Source: an uncultured Acidobacteriota bacterium (lineage in GTDB: Bacteria; Acidobacteriota; Polarisedimenticolia; J045). Taken from it: a DNA stretch of 64,000 nt. Below, piece after piece: positions 49,757 to 58,003 of this stretch. The first letter of the stretch is position 1. Each line of letters starts with the position of its first letter. The stretch spans positions 1-64,000 of the forward strand of contig CAVPCQ010000038.1 of assembly GCA_963702425.1 (NCBI GenBank), given 5' to 3'. Both the position numbers and the translations under genes were made by a program. Below the pieces are notes generated by a model. It was not told the origin of the DNA, ran no database searches, and saw only the letters and a program-made list of their open reading frames with translations.

Positions 49757-52084
49757 ATGCTGACGGAACGCGTCAACCGGATTGCCCTGTCGCCGACGCT
49801 CAAGCTCTCCCAGCGCGCGGCGAAGATGAAGGCCCAGGGGGTCGACGTCGTCGACTTCACGATCGGCGAGCCCGACTTCCCGTCGCCCGAGGCGGCGAAG
49901 CAGGCGGCCAAGGCCGCGCTCGACGCCAACTTCACCAAGTACGTCCACCCCGACGGGATCCTCGAGCTGCGCCAGGCGATCGGCGAGAAGCTGCGCCGCG
50001 ACAACGGGCTGTCCTACGAGACCGACGAGATCATCGTCAGCCCCGGGGCCAAGAACTCGATCTACAACGTCGTCCTGTCGCTGTTCGGGCCGGGGGACGA
50101 CGTGCTGATTCCGGCCCCGTTCTGGGTCTCCTACCCGGACCAGGTCGTGCTCTCCGGCGCCAACCCGGTCCTGCTCCGCACCCGCGAGCAGGAGGGCTTC
50201 AAGCTGATGCCCTCCGACCTCGCCGCGGCGGTGACCCCCAACACCAAGGGGATCATCCTCAACTACCCGAGCAACCCGACCGGGGCGGTCTACTCCCGGG
50301 CCGAGCTGGCCGCGCTGGCGGAGATCTGCGTCAAGGAAGGGATCTGGATCATCAGCGACGAGATCTACGAGAAGCTGATCTACGGCGGCCAGCGCTTCGT
50401 CTCGATCGCCTCGATCGACGAGCGCGTCAAGAAGATCACGATCGTCATCAACGGCTTCTCCAAGGCCTTCTCGATGACCGGCTGGCGGCTGGGCTACGCC
50501 GCCGGGCCGAAGGAAGTGATCGCCGCCTGCTCGAAGATCCAGTCGCACACCACCTCGGGCGCGACCTCCTTCGCCCAGAAGGGGGCGCTCGAGGCGCTGC
50601 GCAGCTCGCAGATGGACGTCGAGCGGATGCGCCAGGAGTTCGAGCGGCGCAAGAACGCGGTGCTCTACCGGCTGCGCGCGATCCCCGGGGTCTCGGTCGC
50701 CTCGCCCGACGGCGCGTTCTACGCCTTCCCGAACGTCTCCCGCTACCTCGACAAGGAGTTCGGCGGCGCCCCGGTGCGCAACACCTACGGGCTGGCCTAC
50801 TACCTGCTCAAGGAGGCCCGCGTCGCGGTCGTCCCGGGCGAGGCGTTCGGCAGCCCGGAGCACATCCGGATCTCGTTCGCGACCTCGATGGACCGGATCG
50901 AGGAGGGGATGAAGCGGCTCGCCGCGGGCCTGGCGCGGCTCGAGTCGCCGCGCCGCCTGCGCCCGCGCCAGCTCAACAACGTGCTGACGAAGGTCTCGCG
51001 CTACGCCGAGGTGCGCGCGGTGCCGTCGATCGACGAGCGCAACACGCTGCTGGCCGAGGCCGAGCGGCACCTGCCGGCGGACTCCTACTTCGAGTGGAAC
51101 GCGGCGATCGGCGGCGTGGTGGTCCAGCTGCGCACCAACTCGCCGCACCTGGCCGACTTCTTCCAGGAGAACTTCTACCCCGCGCCGCTCGAGGGGGACA
51201 TCGCGCCCCACGCGGTGATCTACGCGGTCAAGGACATGCCGGGCCGCGAGCCGTCGGCGCTCCTGAGCCTGCCGACCGCGACCGCCTTCGCCTTCAACAC
51301 CGCCTTCTACGGCCAGGTCCGGACGCTGGCGCTGGTCCTGGCCGCGGACGCCGCGACGCGCATCAGCGGCGCGCTGTTCGTCCACGCCGCGGCGATCGAC
51401 CGCGGCGGCCGCGGCGCGCTGCTGTGGGGGATGCCGGGATCGGGCCGTACCGGGCTGCTGGCCGAGCTGCTGCGCGAGGACGGCGTCAAGCTGGTCGGCA
51501 ACGACGCGCTGCTGGTCCGGATGTCGGGCGCCGACGCGCTGGTCGACCTGGTCGAGCGCAAGCTCTACCTCAAGGCCAAGTGGGGCCAGCACTTCCCCGA
51601 GATCGAGAAGCTGCTGGACCGGGCCAAGCTGGAGAACCTGGTCACGACCCACGACCAGTGCACGGTCGAGTACTGCCCGATCGCGCAGGAGTGCACGCTC
51701 GACCGCGGCGCGGCGGCGTGCCTGGCGGCGTCGGGGAGCGGCCGGATCCTGCTCGACCCGGCCTGGCTCGGCGGCGGACGGCAGCACGTGCGCCGCACCG
51801 TCGGGCGGCTCGCGGTGCTGCTGGCCAAGGACCCCGCGCTGCCGTCGGTGCAGGAGCTGTCGCCGCGCGACGCGGCGCGCTACCTGTCGGGCGGCCAGCT
51901 TCCCGGCGCGCGCGGCCCGGCCATCCCGTACCTGAACCCGCACCTGGTCGGTGTCGACGCCGCGCGCAACGACGCGCTGCGCGCGCAGTACGAGCGGCTC
52001 TTCGCCTGCACGCGGGCGGTCGTCGTCAACAGCGGGGTGGGCTCGCGCGAGGCGATCGCGCGGCGGGTGCTCGAGCTGCTCTGA
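49757..52084 (+). CDS. Class I (aspartate-type) aminotransferase fused to a degenerate PEPCK/HPrK-like P-loop domain
   Basis: GEPDF, NYPSNPTG, SDEIY, GFSKAFSMTGWRLG and IRISFA; C-terminal ~370 aa with VHAAAI..GMPGSGRT, GNDA and LENLV. Confidence 0.85.
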   Translation: MLTERVNRIALSPTLKLSQRAAKMKAQGVDVVDFTIGEPDFPSPEAAKQAAKAALDANFTKYVHPDGILELRQAIGEKLRRDNGLSYETDEIIVSPGAKNSIYNVVLSLFGPGDDVLIPAPFWVSYPDQVVLSGANPVLLRTREQEGFKLMPSDLAAAVTPNTKGIILNYPSNPTGAVYSRAELAALAEICVKEGIWIISDEIYEKLIYGGQRFVSIASIDERVKKITIVINGFSKAFSMTGWRLGYAAGPKEVIAACSKIQSHTTSGATSFAQKGALEALRSSQMDVERMRQEFERRKNAVLYRLRAIPGVSVASPDGAFYAFPNVSRYLDKEFGGAPVRNTYGLAYYLLKEARVAVVPGEAFGSPEHIRISFATSMDRIEEGMKRLAAGLARLESPRRLRPRQLNNVLTKVSRYAEVRAVPSIDERNTLLAEAERHLPADSYFEWNAAIGGVVVQLRTNSPHLADFFQENFYPAPLEGDIAPHAVIYAVKDMPGREPSALLSLPTATAFAFNTAFYGQVRTLALVLAADAATRISGALFVHAAAIDRGGRGALLWGMPGSGRTGLLAELLREDGVKLVGNDALLVRMSGADALVDLVERKLYLKAKWGQHFPEIEKLLDRAKLENLVTTHDQCTVEYCPIAQECTLDRGAAACLAASGSGRILLDPAWLGGGRQHVRRTVGRLAVLLAKDPALPSVQELSPRDAARYLSGGQLPGARGPAIPYLNPHLVGVDAARNDALRAQYERLFACTRAVVVNSGVGSREAIARRVLELL

Positions 52085-52115
52085 CGGGTTGACGGTTGCT
52101 GTCCCCGCTACGCCG

Positions 52116-53093
52116 TCAGTCGACAGGGATCCTGCGGCTGGAAGCCGGCCGCGGGTCCCGGAAGGTCCTCGGCTCCGCGCCGTTGCTGGTCGCCTTCGCC
52201 AGCCGGCGGCGCAGGCGTACGATCGCTTCCTCTTCGATCTGCCGGGCCCGCTCGCGCGAGAGCCCGAGCATCTCGCCCAGCTCCTGGAACGTCATCGCCG
52301 GGCGGCCGTCGAGGCCGAAGCGGTTCAGGATGATGACCCGCTGGCGCTCGGAGAGCAGCGCGACCTCGCGTCGCACCAGCGTCCGCACGCGCAGCCGGTC
52401 GACCTCGAGCTCGGGCGACGCGGAACGCGGGCAGGCCAGCCGGTCGAGCACCGTCAGGCCGCCTTCGCTCGTGGCGTCCTGGTCGAGCGAGAGCACGCGC
52501 GGCTCCCCGCCGCTGCGGTCCACCACGGTCGCCTCGGTCAGCCCGGCCCGCAGCGCCAGCTCCTCGACCGTCGGAGCGCGTCCCAGCTCCGAGCGCATCG
52601 TCTCCTCGATCAGCCGCAGGTCGCGTCGCCGCTCGCGCGCGTAGCGCGTCAGGCGCACGGAGCGCCCCTCGCGGCAGAGGTAATCGAGGATCCGCTTTCT
52701 GATCCACCACGCGGCGTAGGTCAGGAACTTGACCTCGTGCGACGGGTCGTAACGATGCGCCGCCTCGACGAGGCCCATGTTCCCCTCGGCGAGCAGGTCC
52801 TCGAACGGGATCTCGCGGGACTGGAACTCGCACGCGACCTGGACCACGAAGAACAGGTGCGGTTCGACGAGCTCGCGCACCCGGGCGCGGTCGATCGGGC
52901 CCTCGTGCGGGGTGAGCATCGGCAGCGAGGCAGGGCGCTCCTCGCGTTGCACGCGCCGCGCATCCTCGAGGTAGTGCGACACGAGTCGTCGCGAAGACCG
53001 CCGCCCTGCCGACGGAGTGCCGAAGCTCAAGAGCCCCCTCCCGTTCCGCTTCGAAGGAGAACCGACCCCTCGAAGGGCTTCCCGTCCTGCCAA
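52116..53093 (-). CDS. RpoD/RpoS-family sigma-70 factor lacking region 1.1 (start uncertain)
   Basis: DLLAEGNMGLVEAAHRYDP..KFLTYAAWWIR, LSLD, RFGLDG and SRERARQIE. Confidence 0.88.
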   Translation of the reverse strand: MAGREALRGVGSPSKRNGRGLLSFGTPSAGRRSSRRLVSHYLEDARRVQREERPASLPMLTPHEGPIDRARVRELVEPHLFFVVQVACEFQSREIPFEDLLAEGNMGLVEAAHRYDPSHEVKFLTYAAWWIRKRILDYLCREGRSVRLTRYARERRRDLRLIEETMRSELGRAPTVEELALRAGLTEATVVDRSGGEPRVLSLDQDATSEGGLTVLDRLACPRSASPELEVDRLRVRTLVRREVALLSERQRVIILNRFGLDGRPAMTFQELGEMLGLSRERARQIEEEAIVRLRRRLAKATSNGAEPRTFRDPRPASSRRIPVD

Positions 53094-53123
53094 CCCCGCG
53101 GCAGTCTACTCGCGCCGGGGGTG

Positions 53124-54014
53124 TCAGGGAAGGGGAGAACGGGTGACGCCGGTGTGAGAATCGTCGTCGATGCGGCGTGCGGCGACGGCGACCGAACAAC
53201 CGCTCGCTGCCCCGATCGGAAGAAAAGTCAGTCGCGTCGGCCGAGGCAGTAAGCCGTGCCCGTGGGCCTCTTGCCAGAGGGATCTCCAGCCCTCGAGCTG
53301 GCGCCGACCGAGGCGGTAGACCGCGCCGTTCAGGGCTGTCTGGGCGCATTCGAGCGCGATGCCGCGGGCCGGACCCAGCGCGGCGATCGAGGCCAGGTCG
53401 CGGCGGGCTCGCGTGCGCGCCCCGTGCATTAACGCGTATGTTCGCCGGTCGATCGCGCCGGGCCGCGCGGCCCAGGCCCACCAGACCATCGGCATCCCGG
53501 TCAGCTCGGTCCAGGCCGCCCCGAGGTTCAGCGCGCGGGGATCGCGCCGGCCGCCGGGGGCCTCCCAGCGCAGCGCGTCGTCGCCGGCGACGAGCACCGC
53601 GCCGTGCGCGACCAGCGCCGCCTCCAGCGGACCCGTCCAGGGTTCGATCTCCACGGCGCGGCCGCCGGCGGCGAAGAGCGTCGCCGCAACCAGCTCCGCC
53701 GCGTGGCCCGGCGCCGTCGAGACGATTCTCCGGACCTCCTCGAGCGGCACGCGCAGGTGCAGGATCGCGTCCGAGGGTCCTTCGCTCGCGACCGCCAGGC
53801 CCGGCACGACCCGGACCTCGTCCGCGCGCCGCGCGATCTCGGAAGCCGGGAGCAGCGCCAGGTCGAGCGTCCCCTCGTCGAGGCGGCGCGCCAGCTCGAG
53901 CGGCGGCGCGATGGACAGCTCGAACGGCCCGGCGGCGGCGGGCGCGTCGAGCCCGCAGATCAGCGGCGCGGCGACGAGGTCGCCCGGCGCTCCCGCACGC
54001 CAGCGCACCGGCAT
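53124..54014 (-). CDS. MqnA/MqnD (SBP-fold) family protein, divergent
   Basis: PLICGL, PLELARRLDEGTLDLALLP, VPGLAVASEG, GDDAL and LGAAWTELTGMPMV. Confidence 0.7.
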   Translation of the reverse strand: MPVRWRAGAPGDLVAAPLICGLDAPAAAGPFELSIAPPLELARRLDEGTLDLALLPASEIARRADEVRVVPGLAVASEGPSDAILHLRVPLEEVRRIVSTAPGHAAELVAATLFAAGGRAVEIEPWTGPLEAALVAHGAVLVAGDDALRWEAPGGRRDPRALNLGAAWTELTGMPMVWWAWAARPGAIDRRTYALMHGARTRARRDLASIAALGPARGIALECAQTALNGAVYRLGRRQLEGWRSLWQEAHGHGLLPRPTRLTFLPIGAASGCSVAVAARRIDDDSHTGVTRSPLP

Positions 54015-54027
54015 CGTGCGCCCGGCC

Positions 54028-54909
54028 TCAGGCGGGGTGGAGCGTGAACCGGGTGATCTCCGGCCGTACGCCGAAGCGCACGCGCCGGTTGTAGCCGAGG
54101 CCGCGGTTCGTGTAGACGAGGTGGCCGCCGGTGTTCACCAGGCCGCTCATGAAGCGCCTGTCCTCGCACGGAACGTAGGGCGCGCCGACGAGCGGCAGGC
54201 TGATCTGCCCGCCGTGGGTGTGCCCGAACAGCGCCAGCTCGAAGCGCTGGTGCTGGATCGCCGCGAAGGCGTCGGGGTTGTGGCCCAGCACGATCCGCGC
54301 GCGGCCGGCGTCGGCGTTCCCCGGCAGGCTGCGGAACGCGGCCTCCGGATCGAACGGCTTCTTCCAGAATTCGTCGAGGCCCAGCAGCTCGATCTCGCCC
54401 GCCCCGCCGCGCGGCGCGACGACCCGCCCGCGATCGACCAGCAGCTCGATCCCGACGCGCGCGAGCTGCTCGCCCAGCATCTGGTCGCCGTGCGGCAGTC
54501 CCGCTGCGATCTGGCGGTACCAGTGGTCGTAGTCGTGGTTCCCCATCGACGCGAAGACGGGCGCGACCTGGGCCAGCGGCGCCAACTCGTCGGCGACCAG
54601 GCGGAAGCAGTCGGTGTCGCCGGAGATGAAGTCGCCGGTGAGGACGACCAGTTCGGGTTGGAGCGCCAGCACGCGCTCGACCGCTTCGCGGACAAAGGGT
54701 CCGCTGACGATGTCGGAGCGGTGGATGTCGGAGAGCTGCACGACCGACAGGCCGGAGAGCCCGGCCGGCAGGCCCGGGATCGCGAGCGCGTGCTGCCAGA
54801 CCTGGATCCAGGTCGGCTCGACCGCCACGGCGTAGACCGCCGTGCTGCTGGTCACCAGGCCCGCCGGGACCGCGGCCGCGGCCATCTTCAGGAAATCTCT
54901 GCGGTGCAT
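54028..54909 (-). CDS. Metallophosphoesterase (YkuE-like) with Tat-like signal
   Basis: MHRRDFLK; LSDIH, LTGDF, GNHD, HNPD and GHTHGGQ. Confidence 0.9.
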   Translation of the reverse strand: MHRRDFLKMAAAAVPAGLVTSSTAVYAVAVEPTWIQVWQHALAIPGLPAGLSGLSVVQLSDIHRSDIVSGPFVREAVERVLALQPELVVLTGDFISGDTDCFRLVADELAPLAQVAPVFASMGNHDYDHWYRQIAAGLPHGDQMLGEQLARVGIELLVDRGRVVAPRGGAGEIELLGLDEFWKKPFDPEAAFRSLPGNADAGRARIVLGHNPDAFAAIQHQRFELALFGHTHGGQISLPLVGAPYVPCEDRRFMSGLVNTGGHLVYTNRGLGYNRRVRFGVRPEITRFTLHPA

Positions 54910-55056
54910 CGGGCTCCGGCTCGACTGGGAAGTGTAGGGGACGGCTTCGAGCCGGCTCGCAGCGCGGGAGCTCGTCCGAACGGTGAGTCTAGGCCTTCGC
55001 CAGGGATGCGGCGAGCTTGCCCCGGGTGACGGTTGCCTGTACTTCCTGCATCACGA

Positions 55057-57805
55057 ATGACGCAGCGCGCGTTATCTGTAGCCCTTACCGGTTTGTTCCT
55101 GTTCGCGGGACTCCGCGGAGGGACGGCGTGTGCCGCTGTCCGAGCGTCCGGGCCCTCGGGGGCTCCGGCAGCCGGGCCCTCGGCGGCGGAGGAATCGGTC
55201 CGGGCCTGCGCGCGGCTCGAAGGGCTGATCACTCCGGCGACCGCGGCCGGGCGCCTCGCGGCGGTGCCGGCTGCCGAGCGCCGGGCGCGGCTGATCGCGG
55301 TCCTCTCCGCCGACGCAGTCGCGCACGCGGCGCGGGCCACCGCGCAGTTGCGCGCCGCCGGCGGGCGCGACGTCCGGCTGCTCTGGGGCGCCGGCGTGAT
55401 CTGCGCGAGCGCGCCGCGCGCCGTGTGGGACGAGGTCTCCCGGCTGGACGAGGTGGCCGCCGTCTTCGACGACCCGCCCCGGGACGAAGCCGAACTGCTC
55501 GACTTCCCGCCTGGCCCGAACGAGGCCGTCCCGCCCGAGGCGCCGCTCGTCGCGCTGCGCGTCCCCGAGGCCTGGCAGCGCGGCTACACCGGGAGCGGGA
55601 CGGTCGTCGCGCTGATGGACACCGGCGTCGACCGGACCCACCCCGACCTGGTCGGGCAGATCTGGGTCAACGCCGGCGAGGTCGCCGGCAACGGCCTCGA
55701 CGACGACGGCAACGGCTACGTCGACGATGTGAACGGCTACGACTTCGCCGACCGCGATCCCGACCCGTCCGACTCCGCCGGCCACGGCACGAACGCCGCC
55801 GGCCTGATCGTCGGCAACGGGAGCGCCGGCAAGCAGACCGGCGCCGCACCGGGTGCGAAGCTGATGGTGCTGCGCCGCGGCACGACGCAGGCGACGCTGT
55901 GGGAGGCGAGCCAGTACGCGATCGAGAACGGCGCCCACGTCCTGTCGCAGTCGGTGTCGTGGAAGTGGTCGTTCCTGCCGCGGCCCGACTACTCCGCCTG
56001 GCGGCGCCAGGCCGAGACGGAGCTGGTAGCGGGCCTGGTGCACGTCAACAGCTCGGGCAACACGGGCGAGCAGCTCGGGACGGAGCCGATCCCCTACAAC
56101 GTCGCTGCGCCGGCCAACTGTCCGCCCCCCTGGCTGGGTCCCGAGCAGACGCTCGTCGGTGGAGTGTCGTCCGTGCTGGGGATCGGCAACGTCGACGCGC
56201 GCACGCACGCGATCGTGCCGTCGAGCCCCTACGGTCCCGCGGAGTGGACCGACATCGTGGCCCGGCGCGACGCGACCTACCCCTGGCCGATGCCGCCCGC
56301 GCACCAGGACTACCCGGCGTGGAGCGGCGCGATCGGTCTGCTGAAGCCCGACTTCGTCGCCCCCGGCGACAACTCGACCAGCACCGCGATGGGCGGCGGC
56401 TACGCGACCTTCGGGGGGACCTCGGCCGCGACGCCGCGCGTCGCCGGGATCCTGGCGCTGCTGCGCGAGGCGGTGCCGCGCGCCACGCCGGCCGAGCTGG
56501 CGCGCGCGCTCTTCACGAGCGCGGCGGACCTCGGTCCTGCCGGCCGCGACGCGCGCTACGGCGCCGGGATGCCGCAGGCCGACGCCGCGATCGACGCCGC
56601 CGGGCCGCCGCTGTTCGTCGCAGCGGTGACGGTGCACGACGACGGCGCGCCGCGCGGCGACGGCGACGGCGGCGGGGACGCGGGGGAGATCGTGCGGCTC
56701 AACGTGACCGTCGAGAACGCGTCGGCCGGCGCGCTCGCCGGGATCGACCTCGTGCTGCGCGGCGGGACCGACGCGCTCGTGCGCGACGGCTACGCGCGGC
56801 TGGCCTCGCTCGCCGCGCAGGCGACGGCGGTCGTCGACTTCACCGTGGAGTTCCCGGCGGGGAGCTGCGCGCGCGTTGCGGAGCTGGCGCTCGAGCTGCG
56901 GGAAGGGGGCCGCGCGCGGGTCGAGCCGCTGTTCGTGACGGTCGGGACCGAGACGCGGCAGGCGCTCTTCGCCGACGACGCCGAGCAGGATCGCGGCTGG
57001 AGCGTTTCCGGCGGCGCGACCTCGGGGCAGTGGGTGCGGCAGGCGCCGGTCGGGACGACGAAGAGCGGCGCGCCGATGAACCCCGCCGCCGATGCCAGCC
57101 CCGCTCCCGGCACGCTGGCCTGGGTCACCGGCAACGGCCCGACGGCGCCCGACGCCGCCGACGTCGACGGTGGCGCGACGACGCTGACCGCGCCACCCCG
57201 CGACGGCCGCGACTTCGCGCGCGTCGAGCTGCGCTACGCGCGGTGGTTCGCCTCGAACGACGCGGCGAGCGAGGACCGGCTGCTGGTCGAGGCGACCGGC
57301 GACGGGACGGCGTGGCGCGCGATCGAGGAGATCACCGCGCCCGCGGCGGCCTGGCGCGCACGCAGCATCGTGCTGTCCGACCTGCTGGCGCCCGGCGCGC
57401 GCACCGCGCTGCGCGTGACGGTCGAGGACGCGGGGGCGGACGACACGGTCGAAGGCGGGCTCGACGAGGTCCTGCTCGAGGGGATCGCGATCGCCTGCAC
57501 GGAGTTCGTGCCGCCGGTCGGGCCGACGCCGGACGAGGTCGGTGCGACGCTGCGCCTCGCGCCCGCGGCGGGCGGGCATCTGCTGCTGACGTGGGACCCG
57601 CCGTCGGCGACGGGGGGCGTCGATCCGCCGCGCGGGTATCGCGTGCGGCGGTCGGCCGTGGCGAGCGGCGGGTTCGCGGAGATCGGGCGGCCGCTGGCGG
57701 CGCGGTTCACGGAGGTCGACGGGGTGGCGGGGCGGCGGGCTGGTCGGGGGGCTCGTGCCGGGGTCGGCGGCGTTCTACCTGGTGGAGTCGGTGCGGTCGC
57801 GCTGA
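55057..57805 (+). CDS. Secreted S8 (subtilisin-like) peptidase with accessory beta domains; apparent frameshift near 57730 (as annotated the ORF runs to 57957)
   Basis: Triad motifs LMDTG, GHGT and GTSAATP; +1 frame gives GSAAFYLVESVRSR*, matching the M14 C-terminal SSFYLVAAKN. Confidence 0.85.
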
Positions 57806-58003
57806 ATCGGTCGGCCCGAGAGTCTCTAACGCGGCAACTGCAATCGGTAACGACTCGCCTTCAGCCCGCCGCTGCGGGACCGGCGACGCTGGACCGCAAG
57901 CCCTCGCCAGGCCGCCGGGAATGGTCGTACTCTTGCGGTGTATCCCTCCCAAGATGACGTCCCCGGCGCAACGGAACACCGAGCCGCCGGTCGGGGGTGA
58001 AGC

